DNA from: an uncultured Chthonomonadaceae bacterium
Lineage (GTDB): Bacteria > Armatimonadota > Chthonomonadetes > Chthonomonadales > Chthonomonadaceae
DNA length: 64,000 nt
Reading direction: 5' to 3'
Assembly (NCBI GenBank): GCA_963835065.1
Contig: CAWIEK010000049.1
Span: forward strand, 384,001-448,000
Below the pieces are notes generated by a model that did not search any database, was not told where the DNA came from, and worked only from the letters and a program-made list of their open reading frames with translations. Below are positions 40,551 through 48,402 of this stretch, in pieces. Within the stretch, counting starts at the first letter, position 1. Every line of letters begins with the position of its first letter. Both the position numbers and the translations under genes were made by a program.

Positions 40551-41726
40551 ATGATAGACATCGAACGCGCCCGCCGGGAAACGCCTGGCTGCGAACAAAT
40601 AATCCACTTCAACAACGCGGGAATGTCGCTGACGCCTGCGCCCGTTACCAACGCGGTTCTTCAGCATTTAGCGCGGGAAGGGGTTCGGGGCGGCTATGAG
40701 GCGGAGTTGGAAGCGGAAGCGGCGATAGCGCGTACCTATGATGCCCTTGCCGGCTTGCTGAACTGCGGGATGGACGAAATCGCGGTTGTGGAAAATGCTA
40801 CCCGCGCCTGGGATATGCTGTTTTACTCCATTCCCTTAAAAGCCGGAGACAGAATCCTCACGGCGCAGTGCGAATACGGCAGCAACTTCATCGCCATGCT
40901 GCAGCGCGCCAAACAAACAGGCGCGATTGTGGAAGCGGTTCCCAACGACGAGTACGGCCAGTTCTCTGTCCCGCATTTGCAGCAAATGTTAGACAAGCGC
41001 GTAAAACTGATCGCCATGACGCATGTGCCGACAAACGGCGGGCTGGTCAATCCGGCGGCGGAAGTGGGGAAAGTGGCGAAGCAGGCGGGTGCGTTGTATC
41101 TGCTGGACGCCTGCCAATCTGTCGGGCAGATGCCCCTTGATGTGCAGGCGATTGGCTGCGATATGCTTACGGCAACCGGGCGCAAATTCCTGCGCGGGCC
41201 GCGCGGCACGGGCTTCTTATATGTGAGCCGAACAATTTTGGAAACGCTTGAGCCTCCGTTTCTGGACATGCAGGCGGCGGAATGGACTGCGCCGGACAGT
41301 TACCGCATACGCCCGGACGCCCGCAGATTTGAAACCTGGGAAACCAACATTGCCGCTAAAATCGGCTTAGGCGTCGCGGTAGATTACGCGCAAAGTTGGG
41401 GATTAGAAGCCATTGAACAGCGCGTCACGGGACTTGCCACAACCCTGCGCGAACAGTTGCGGCAGATACCCGGCGTGACCGTCCGCGATCAGGGACGGCG
41501 GCAATGCGGCATCGTCACGTTTACGGTTGACGGCGTGGCTTCCCTGCAAGTCAAGGAGCGTTTGACCGCGAACAATATCAACGTTTGGACTTCCCCGCGC
41601 CGCAGCACCCTGCTGGATATGGAAGCGCGCGGATTGGCCGATGTTGTCCGCGCCTCCGTCCATTACTACAACACCGAAGCGGAAATCGCGCAAGTGTGCC
41701 ACATTCTTTCACAATTTTGCGTGTAA
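40551..41726 (+). CDS. Class V PLP aminotransferase / cysteine desulfurase-like
   Basis: HFNNAG, LDACQSVG, TGRKFLRGPRG, RASVHYYN. Confidence 0.9.
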   Translation: MIDIERARRETPGCEQIIHFNNAGMSLTPAPVTNAVLQHLAREGVRGGYEAELEAEAAIARTYDALAGLLNCGMDEIAVVENATRAWDMLFYSIPLKAGDRILTAQCEYGSNFIAMLQRAKQTGAIVEAVPNDEYGQFSVPHLQQMLDKRVKLIAMTHVPTNGGLVNPAAEVGKVAKQAGALYLLDACQSVGQMPLDVQAIGCDMLTATGRKFLRGPRGTGFLYVSRTILETLEPPFLDMQAAEWTAPDSYRIRPDARRFETWETNIAAKIGLGVAVDYAQSWGLEAIEQRVTGLATTLREQLRQIPGVTVRDQGRRQCGIVTFTVDGVASLQVKERLTANNINVWTSPRRSTLLDMEARGLADVVRASVHYYNTEAEIAQVCHILSQFCV

Positions 41727-41740
41727 ACCTGCTTTTCCCC

Positions 41741-41800
41741 TTGACAATCCTTACAATCCGGTTTATAATACATCCACTGCGGATATATCCGTAGTGGATG
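41741..41800 (+). promoter_or_regulatory. Consensus sigma70 promoter plus 30-bp palindromic operator upstream of padR
   Basis: TTGACA(41741)-17-TATAAT(41764); CATCCACTGCGGATA/TATCCGTAGTGGATG (14/15 symmetric). Confidence 0.8.
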
Positions 41801-41833
41801 TATTGGCAAGTCCCACTTTCACAAGAGGAGAAC

Positions 41834-42235
41834 ATGACGGAATTACCCACACCGGAACAACTTCTGCCGCTCACGCCCGCCGTGCTGCATATCCTGCTGG
41901 CATTGGCGGATGGGGAACGGCACGGGTACGGCATCATGCAGGCGGTTGCCGCGCAAACAGACGGCAGCCTGCGCATGGGGCCGGGAACCCTGTACGGGTC
42001 GCTGAAACGGATGCTGGCAAGCGGTCTGGTGGAAGAGTCCGCCGAGCGTCCCGACAGCGAACAGGCGGATGTCCGCCGTCGCTATTATCGCCTGACTGAG
42101 TTCGGCAGCCGCGTTCTTAAAGCGGAAATGCGGCGCTTGTCCTCTCTTGTCCGCCTGCCCGCCGCGCAGCGGCTGCTTGACAGCGCCCATCTGCTTAACA
42201 ATGCCCGCCTGGAAATGCCGGAAGGGAGCCAATAA
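41834..42235 (+). CDS. PadR family transcriptional regulator
   Basis: ERHGYGIM, GPGTLYGSLKRM, RRRYYRLTEFG. Confidence 0.92.
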   Translation: MTELPTPEQLLPLTPAVLHILLALADGERHGYGIMQAVAAQTDGSLRMGPGTLYGSLKRMLASGLVEESAERPDSEQADVRRRYYRLTEFGSRVLKAEMRRLSSLVRLPAAQRLLDSAHLLNNARLEMPEGSQ

Positions 42236-42236
42236 A

Positions 42237-42803
42237 ATGAAGCGTCAATTTCTGCCTCTTTCATGTGGCCTGTACCGCCGGCTGCTGGCTGCTTATCCTG
42301 CGGATTTCCGCCGCGAATATGGCGACGAGATGCAGCAGGCGTTTTACGATGCCTGCCGACAGGCGCTGCAATCGCGGGGCGCAGCAGGATTGGCGGGGTT
42401 TTGGATACACATAATGAGCGATCTGGCAGCATCCGTCTGCAAGGAGCGTTTTACGACTATGGACAAAAAATCTACCTTCTTCTGCCTGCTGGCCTTCGCG
42501 TTAGGCATCTTGGCTGGCTACCTGGATTTCCACAGCAAGGAAGTTCAGGGGCCGGTGTTGATCCTTCTGGTTTTCACGTTTGTTTTCGGCTTTGCGCTGC
42601 CCTGCCGCGCCTGGCGTTGGGCGCTGATTATCGGTGGCGGCATTCCCCTTTGCCACATCGTCAACGCGCTGCTCCGGCGTCCGCCGCCCTACCCCGTCGA
42701 ACCAAACCTATTTGCCACCTGCCTCGCCTTTTTCCCCGCGTTCATGGGCGCGTACATGGGCGCGATGCTGCGCCGACTTACGCAATGGACATTCACCGCT
42801 TAA
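42237..42803 (+). CDS. PadR-associated membrane protein
   Basis: LYRRLLAAYPADFRREYGDEM N-terminus, several TM helices. Confidence 0.75.
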   Translation: MKRQFLPLSCGLYRRLLAAYPADFRREYGDEMQQAFYDACRQALQSRGAAGLAGFWIHIMSDLAASVCKERFTTMDKKSTFFCLLAFALGILAGYLDFHSKEVQGPVLILLVFTFVFGFALPCRAWRWALIIGGGIPLCHIVNALLRRPPPYPVEPNLFATCLAFFPAFMGAYMGAMLRRLTQWTFTA

Positions 42804-42915
42804 GCCGAACATATCGGAACAGACCGTTGACACGCAGGAGTTGATTTTTAGGAGGAATCGGCGTGGCTTACGGCCAAAACACCACTAATTCTTTATGACA
42901 TTAATGAGGCGGACT

Positions 42916-43587
42916 ATGGACTTGCAGGACGATAAGGCAGTTACGGACAAAGCAAATACGACGCATTGGCAGCAATGGCACGAGAACTACGCGAGTGCCG
43001 ATTCTTCGCTTTCCCGACGCCTGGCGGTGGTTCGCGGGCGTATTGGACAGGCTTTGGAGCAGTGTCCTCTCGGCCCAATTCGCGTAGCAAGTATCTGCGC
43101 CGGGGATGGCCGCGATTTGCTCGGCGTCCTCCCAAACCATCCCCGCGCTAATGACGTTTCGGGGCGGCTGGTGGAGTTGGACCCCGTTCTGGCGGAACAA
43201 GCGCGAAGCCATGCTCCTGCGTCCATCGAAATCGCCTGTCGGGACGCCGGGTACAGCGATGCGTATGAGGGCGCGGTTCCGGCAAACCTGCTGCTGTGCT
43301 GCGGCGTATTCGGCAATGTCAGTGACGCCGATATTCTGACCACCATCCATGCGTGGCCGATGCTGTGCGCGTCCGGGGCAACCGTGATCTGGACACGGGG
43401 CGCTTTCAGTTCCGGCCCTGATTTGCGAGACACTGTGCGGCAGTGGGTACGAGACGAGGGCTTCGAGGAAGTCGCGTATGACGGCCCGCCGGAAAAATAT
43501 GGCGTCGGGGTTGCCAGAATGGTCCGCAGCCCGGAACCGTTTCAAAAAGGCGTACACTTTTTCACGTTTTGTAAAACCAATAAATGA
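42916..43587 (+). CDS. Class I SAM-dependent methyltransferase family protein
   Basis: SICAGDGRD, LVELDP, CGVFGN. Confidence 0.8.
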   Translation: MDLQDDKAVTDKANTTHWQQWHENYASADSSLSRRLAVVRGRIGQALEQCPLGPIRVASICAGDGRDLLGVLPNHPRANDVSGRLVELDPVLAEQARSHAPASIEIACRDAGYSDAYEGAVPANLLLCCGVFGNVSDADILTTIHAWPMLCASGATVIWTRGAFSSGPDLRDTVRQWVRDEGFEEVAYDGPPEKYGVGVARMVRSPEPFQKGVHFFTFCKTNK

Positions 43588-43602
43588 GGAACCTGTTCAA
43601 GA

Positions 43603-45360
43603 ATGAGAAAACCATTGATGCCGGTTTGGTGCGTCCTGAGCGCGGCTGTCCTGAGTATGACAGGCATATCCGCTGTCCCGCAAACACGAGTAAAAACCGG
43701 TGTCGCGTCTATTCCGGTGAAACCCGGTAAATCGGGGGTTGCGTCCGTTCCGCAAACCATGACCTCGCCCCTGGGCCACCAACTTTCTCTCGTATGGCAC
43801 GATGAATTCGATGCTGTTCCCGACAGGGATGGCAAGCCGTATATTGACCGTTCCAAATGGCAGACGACGTTCTGGCAGGGTTCGAGCGAGCGGACGCTGT
43901 TCAGCAACGTCGAGGCGCAGTATTATGTGGACAAAGATTACAACGGCGAAGGCAGTATCCATCCCGAAGCCAACGGCACACTCAATCCTTTCTCCTTTGA
44001 AACGCCGGGTATTCTGACCATCAAGGCGTGGAAAACGCCCGAAGAACTGTGGCGCAAGTTTTACATGGGCGAACAGCGCCCGTTTGCTTCCGGCTTGCTG
44101 ATTTCTGACAGGAGGTTTACGTTCCAGTATGGCTATGTGGAAGGCCGGTTCAAACTGCCGGGCGCGCGCGGCGCGTGGCCGGCCTTCTGGCTGCTGGGCG
44201 ACGATCCGACCAAAGCCACCGAAGTGGAAGCGCACCAATGGGGGCCGGAAGTGGATGTGTTCGAGTTCTTCGGCCATCGCCCGACCAAGCACAGCGCGGG
44301 CATCATTGCCCGCGAAGGCGAGGAACTCCCCTGGAAATTCGGCTATAACGAAGTCGGCGTGGACATTTCCAAAGATTTCCACACCTGGGGGCTGGAATGG
44401 GACCCGGAAAACATGGTGTTCACTTTTGACGGCAAGGTGTGGGCAAGAAGCAAAACCGCGCCCTCCTTTAATCGCCCGATGTACCTGCTCATCAATCTGG
44501 CGGTGGGCGGGCAGTGGTACTCGCAGGAAATGGACGCCAACAAAACCCCCTACAAGCCCTGGCAGGTGGACGAAACTTCTATGCCCTGGAAGATGCAGTG
44601 CGACTATGTGCGTGTGTACCAGTCGAAAGACAACGCCGCGCAAATCGCCGCGTATCGCGCCAGAGACAAAGCGCTCAACAACCACCTGACCCGCGAAGTC
44701 TGGACGGACATACGCGGCAAACGTGTAGCCGATATTCCCCTTGCCGACAAACCCCACACCGTCACCTACCTGCGCGATTTCGAAGCGCCTACGAGCGTTG
44801 GCATCAACTACGGCACGCGCCTGCGCGGGTTTCTGACGGCTCCCATGACGGGAGATTACACCTTCTGGATTGCGGGGGATGACAACTGCGAACTGCGCTT
44901 GAGTACGGACGACAAGCCCGCGAACGCGGTAAAAATCGCAAGCGTCACATCGGGAGACGGCTACACGGGACGGCGCGAATGGAACAAATTACCCGAACAA
45001 AAATCAGCCCTCGTTCGGCTCGTGGCAGGCAAGCGCTACTACATCGAGGCGCTGCAAAAGCAGGATGTGGGTGGCGACAGCCTTTCCGTCGGCTGGCTCA
45101 AACCCGGTCAAACCGGGAATGCGCCGTCTGAAATCATACCCGCGTCCGTCCTTGCGCCCTGGGACAGTCAAACACTGCCAGCAAGACGCCTTAGAGCCTA
45201 TCCCAATAGGCCGGGGATTGAAAATCCCCGGCAGGAAAGTGCAAGCGTCTTTCAGACGCGAATTCGCGCCTATCGGGATAGGCTCTTAGCAGCCTCTTCT
45301 GCTGGTTACTTTCAGTACCAACCCCATTGGTATAGGCTCTCAGGGTTCGTAAATCTATAA
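43603..45360 (+). CDS. GH16 glycoside hydrolase plus PA14 domain, secreted; C-terminal tail reads through a palindromic element
   Basis: WHDEFD, WPAFWLL, EVDVFE catalytic motif; YGTRLRG..TGDYTFWIAGDD PA14. Confidence 0.88.
   Translation: MRKPLMPVWCVLSAAVLSMTGISAVPQTRVKTGVASIPVKPGKSGVASVPQTMTSPLGHQLSLVWHDEFDAVPDRDGKPYIDRSKWQTTFWQGSSERTLFSNVEAQYYVDKDYNGEGSIHPEANGTLNPFSFETPGILTIKAWKTPEELWRKFYMGEQRPFASGLLISDRRFTFQYGYVEGRFKLPGARGAWPAFWLLGDDPTKATEVEAHQWGPEVDVFEFFGHRPTKHSAGIIAREGEELPWKFGYNEVGVDISKDFHTWGLEWDPENMVFTFDGKVWARSKTAPSFNRPMYLLINLAVGGQWYSQEMDANKTPYKPWQVDETSMPWKMQCDYVRVYQSKDNAAQIAAYRARDKALNNHLTREVWTDIRGKRVADIPLADKPHTVTYLRDFEAPTSVGINYGTRLRGFLTAPMTGDYTFWIAGDDNCELRLSTDDKPANAVKIASVTSGDGYTGRREWNKLPEQKSALVRLVAGKRYYIEALQKQDVGGDSLSVGWLKPGQTGNAPSEIIPASVLAPWDSQTLPARRLRAYPNRPGIENPRQESASVFQTRIRAYRDRLLAASSAGYFQYQPHWYRLSGFVNL
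45193..45340. mobile_element. 148-bp MITE/REP-like palindromic element
   Basis: Terminal IR AGAGCCTATCCCAAT / ATTGGTATAGGCTCT (14/15); internal GGGATAGGCTCT copy; internal hairpin GCCGGGGAT..ATCCCCGGC. Confidence 0.55.
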
Positions 45361-45397
45361 CTTGCCGAATGGACGGAAAGCCCAACTGCAAAGGATG

Positions 45398-45676
45398 AAA
45401 AAAGATATGTAGAGGCAGCGTCGAAATCTTGGCAATACAGCGCTTCCAGCCCGATGTCTCGTTGTGTCAAATTGTAGGAGAGAGGCGTCGTGACCTCAGC
45501 AGCGTCAGGGCGAACGGGAGGGGTGAAACATAGGCTTTGCACCTCCCTTCTTAGTTGATAGTGGATAGTTGATAGGAACTACCAGCGTTCAGCCACCTTA
45601 CGTCTGAACAGTAGACGTTTGTACTAATTTTTAGACGGCTATGTAGGGCAAAAGGTTCGTTTATTTCGCGTTATTT
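45398..45676 (-). ncRNA. Candidate small RNA / minigene element, copy 2
   Basis: Inverted homolog of 18710-18990; divergent from the tRNA array leader. Confidence 0.5.
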
Positions 45677-45916
45677 GGGGTTTTTGTGTTCTGCTCAAAG
45701 CGTTTGTTGCTCACAAGGCAACAAACGCTTTTTGGTGTCAATGTCCTTGAATTATTGCCGTATGCAGAGGCGTGAAAAAGAAAAAGAAAAATTCTTTACT
45801 TGCGGTGCAACTAACTGTTGCGCAATCCAATCAATGAGTGTGAAGGACGCGGAATACACAACGATACGAACCAGCCGCGCCCACCAAGCAATTTTCAGAA
45901 ACAAGGCAACCACCTG

Positions 45917-46096
45917 ATGTTTGAAGCGAACCTACAACCGCAGACAACGCGCCGCAACGATTGGCAACCGCAACCCACTTTTCCGAGTTGCGATGGTCAG
46001 ATACGCTTTATTGGCCTATGTCAAAATACTGCCGCCTGCCTGCGCAATAATCGCAATAATCGTAAACGCCCCAATGGGACAGGAGGAAACGCTTAA
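45917..46096 (+). CDS. Putative leader peptide (59 aa) of the tRNA array
   Basis: ATG 45917, weak AAGG SD; ends ...LRNNRNNRKRPNGTGGNA*; last codons form the antiterminator arm. Confidence 0.5.
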   Translation: MFEANLQPQTTRRNDWQPQPTFPSCDGQIRFIGLCQNTAACLRNNRNNRKRPNGTGGNA

Positions 46097-46167
46097 CCCG
46101 TTTCCTCAGCCAGCGAAAACTCTTCGCCCACTGTCCCAACAATAACCGGCGCAGTGGGCTTTTGTAT
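46075..46167 (+). terminator. Attenuator: intrinsic terminator with competing antiterminator
   Basis: Terminator GCCCACTG(46126-33)/CAGTGGGC(46152-59)+TTTTGTAT; alternative helix TGGGACAG(46075-82)/CTGTCCCA(46131-38). Confidence 0.65.
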
Positions 46168-46274
46168 GCCTAAAATGCTCGTTTGTTCGGTGTTATATTG
46201 GTGTTCGGTATTCAGGTGTTCAGGCAATGCCTCTTCTCTAATGCCTAATACCTAATATCTAATGCCTTGTCCCT

Positions 46275-46346
46275 GCGCTCGTGGTGTACCGGTCAACATG
46301 CCTGCCTGTCGAGCAGAAGAAGCGAGTTCAATTCTCGTCGAGCGCG
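46275..46346 (+). tRNA. trnD: tRNA-Asp(GTC)
   Basis: Cloverleaf; acceptor GCGCTCG/CGAGCGC; loop CTGTCGA; G73; no CCA. Confidence 0.85.
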
Positions 46347-46388
46347 TGAAGTTAGTTGATAGTAAATAGTTGATAGTTGATAGGCCAT

Positions 46389-46463
46389 GCCCTTGTAGCT
46401 CAGCGGATTCAGAGCATCGGGTTGCGATCTCGAAGGTCACAGGTTCGATCCCTGTCAGGGGTA
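46389..46463 (+). tRNA. trnR: tRNA-Arg(GCG)
   Basis: Stem TCGGG/CTCGA, loop TTGCGAT; GGTTCGAT T-arm. Confidence 0.85.
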
Positions 46464-46515
46464 TTGGGTTCGTTTTGCACCTTGATAACTGCATAGTGAA
46501 CATTGTGTCTTGTTT

Positions 46516-46588
46516 GCGTCGGTGCCCGAACGGTTAAGGGAGCGGTCTGCAAAGCCGTATTGTGTCGGTTCAACTCCGACCCGGCGCT
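46516..46588 (+). tRNA. trnC: tRNA-Cys(GCA)
   Basis: Loop CTGCAAA; U73. Confidence 0.88.
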
Positions 46589-46672
46589 TGAAGGGAGTTG
46601 ATAGTTTTTAGTTGATAGTTGATAGACACGCGCTTTCCTATCAACTATGGACTATCAACTATCAACTGCTTC

Positions 46673-46745
46673 GGAAGCGTAACTCAACGGTTAGAGTATT
46701 CGCCTTTTAAGCGAAGGGCTGGAGGTTCAAATCCTCTCGCTTCCA
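46673..46745 (+). tRNA. trnK: tRNA-Lys(TTT)
   Basis: Stem TTCGC/GCGAA, loop CTTTTAA. Confidence 0.9.
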
Positions 46746-46867
46746 TGAGGAACGGTGTTCAGGTATTCAGGTGTTCGGTGTTCAGGTTAAATACCTGCTC
46801 AGGCGCGCTAACTTGTAGAAAAGTATTTCCGAACACCTGAATACCCGAATACCTGAATACCGAATGA

Positions 46868-46939
46868 AGGGGTGTAGTTCAACGGGAGAACGATGGCTTC
46901 CAATACCATCTGTTGCGGGTTCAACTCCTGCCGCCCCTG
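46868..46939 (+). tRNA. trnW: tRNA-Trp(CCA)
   Basis: Acceptor AGGGGTG/CGCCCCT, loop TTCCAAT, G73; C31-A39 mismatch. Confidence 0.8.
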
Positions 46940-46964
46940 TTTACGAAAAAGTGAGTTGCACAGC

Positions 46965-47038
46965 GCCGACCTAGCCCAATTGGTAGAGGCCGTTGGTTCA
47001 GAACTAACGGGTTGGGGGTTCGATTCCCCCGGTCGGCA
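46965..47038 (+). tRNA. trnL: tRNA-Leu(CAG) with short variable loop
   Basis: Stem GTTGG/CTAAC, loop TTCAGAA; Leu-type D-arm; 5-nt variable region; A73. Confidence 0.82.
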
Positions 47039-47141
47039 TTAGGAGAGAGGTCAGGATTCAGGGGTCAGGGGTCAGTCACGACTTTCTGCCGGCAGGAACA
47101 CAGACTTTGGAATTGGGAGGGAACAGCAAGTAGGAAAGTAT

Positions 47142-47213
47142 GCCGACGTAGCTCAGTGGGAGAGCAGCTGTTTCGTAAACAGCAGGTCAGCGGTTCGAAT
47201 CCGCTCGTCGGCT
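47142..47213 (+). tRNA. trnT: tRNA-Thr(CGT)
   Basis: Stem GCTGT/ACAGC, loop TTCGTAA. Confidence 0.92.
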
Positions 47214-47225
47214 TGGGCGTACAAA

Positions 47226-47296
47226 CGGGGTGTAGTGAAACGGAATAACGGCTTGCTTGGGACAAGCTATTACAGGTTCAATTCCTGTTACCCCGA
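47226..47296 (+). tRNA. trnP: tRNA-Pro(TGG)
   Basis: C1-G72, A73; stem GCTTG/CAAGC, loop CTTGGGA. Confidence 0.85.
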
Positions 47297-47314
47297 TGAT
47301 TTCGTGTGTGCTGC

Positions 47315-47386
47315 GCGGGGGTCCTCTAACGGTTAGGAGACGTCTCTTTCAAGGACAAAACGCGGGTTCGACTCCCGTCCTCCGTA
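47315..47386 (+). tRNA. trnE: tRNA-Glu(TTC)
   Basis: Loop CTTTCAA; Glu-type D-arm; GGTTCGACT. Confidence 0.8.
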
Positions 47387-47469
47387 TGAGAAGAGGTTGA
47401 GGGTTGAGGGTTGAGAGTACCGGCAACGGCTACTTCTCTCATTCTCCACTCTCCACTTTCACTCAGTTT

Positions 47470-47543
47470 GCGCGAGTAGCTCAATCCGGTGGAGCGAACG
47501 CCTTACAAGCGAGGGGCTGCGGGTTCAAATCCTGCCTTGCGCA
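47470..47543 (+). tRNA. trnV: tRNA-Val(TAC)
   Basis: Loop CTTACAA; weak top of anticodon stem. Confidence 0.8.
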
Positions 47544-47564
47544 TTTAGTATGAGAATATAGTTT

Positions 47565-47637
47565 GCCTCCGAGGTCAATTGGAAAAGGCGTCACGCTTCG
47601 AACGTGGATACAGCAGGTTCGATTCCTGCCGGGGGCA
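47565..47637 (+). tRNA. trnR: tRNA-Arg(TCG)
   Basis: Stem TCACG/CGTGG, loop CTTCGAA; A instead of U at position 8. Confidence 0.78.
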
Positions 47638-47734
47638 TGGGTAGGGAGTAGGATGTGGGGAGTGGGGAGTAGGAAAAACAGGATATTACAGTACAGGTCT
47701 ACTCCCTACTGCCTACTCCCTAACCCCTATATTT

Positions 47735-47807
47735 GCAAGAGTGGCGCAATTGGTAGCGCGTTTCACTGCCGTCGAAATGGTTGCGGGTTCGACTCCCGTC
47801 TCTTGCA
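47735..47807 (+). tRNA. trnG: tRNA-Gly(GCC)
   Basis: Acceptor GCAAGAG/CTCTTGC, loop CTGCCGT; A73. Confidence 0.82.
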
Positions 47808-47846
47808 TGAATTGTGTTGAGCCTTGTGTTTGGATGGTCTGCATTG

Positions 47847-47921
47847 GCCGGGCTAGCTCATGCTGGTTTGAGCGCACTTCTTATAAAGGTGAGGACGTGG
47901 GTTCAATTCCCATGCCCGGTA
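47847..47921 (+). tRNA. trnI: tRNA-Ile(TAT)
   Basis: Stem CACTT/AGGTG, loop CTTATAA; A73. Confidence 0.85.
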
Positions 47922-47952
47922 TGAAGATGCAAAGATGGTACGGCGTTTCTGA

Positions 47953-48024
47953 TCCCCTGTAGCTCAATGGTGGAGCGTTCGGCTGTTAACCGAAGGGTTG
48001 CTGGTTCGAGTCCAGCCGGGGGAG
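47953..48024 (+). tRNA. trnN: tRNA-Asn(GTT)
   Basis: U1-A72, G73; loop CTGTTAA. Confidence 0.92.
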
Positions 48025-48029
48025 TTTGC

Positions 48030-48100
48030 GCACCTGTCGCTTAATGGGAAAGCCCACTCCTGATAAGGGTGTCACGAAGGTTCGATTCCTTCCGGGTGCA
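48030..48100 (+). tRNA. trnI: tRNA-Ile(GAT)
   Basis: Stem CACTC/GGGTG, loop CTGATAA. Confidence 0.85.
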
Positions 48101-48214
48101 TGGGAATAGGGTTTTAAGGTTTTAGGGTTGTATGGTTTCAGGTGTTGGGGAATAAGTATTTGGGGAACGGTGAAGGGCGCGAGTTGTGGTTACGGATAGG
48201 TTTGAAGGGGATGC

Positions 48215-48286
48215 GCCGCAGTAGCTCAGTGGTAGAGCGCCATGCTGAAAACGTGGACGTCGTCCGTTCAACTCGGACTTGCGGCA
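48215..48286 (+). tRNA. trnF: tRNA-Phe(GAA), integration target (contains attL)
   Basis: Stem CCATG/CGTGG, loop CTGAAAA. Confidence 0.9.
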
Positions 48287-48402
48287 TTGTTAGGGTTGTG
48301 CGTAGGTAGAGTACCCGCTCCTACCTGTGCGCGTTGCGGGTTTAAGCCGTGTCTCTACCCCGCCATGTTGCTGTCATTAAGCACTCTGAAAGGACAGCAA
48401 CC

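Noticed and set aside
45312..45542. 76-aa ORF MQSLCFTPP... as a real protein
   Set aside because: The same frame has a TGA in the other copy, and its GTG start lies inside the SD of the 8-codon frame
18710..45676. A 27-kb composite transposon or invertible segment bounded by the two inverted ~280-bp copies
   Set aside because: No transposase or invertase, no target duplication seen, and the copies are diverged; better explained as two paralogous small-RNA-like units
46252..47962. Short ORFs in the ORF track across the tRNA array
   Set aside because: They overlap tRNA genes and tandem repeats; spurious
46275..48290. CRISPR array suggested by regularly spaced similar segments
   Set aside because: The units are tRNA cloverleaves and short tandem repeats; there is no constant repeat with unique spacers and no cas genes
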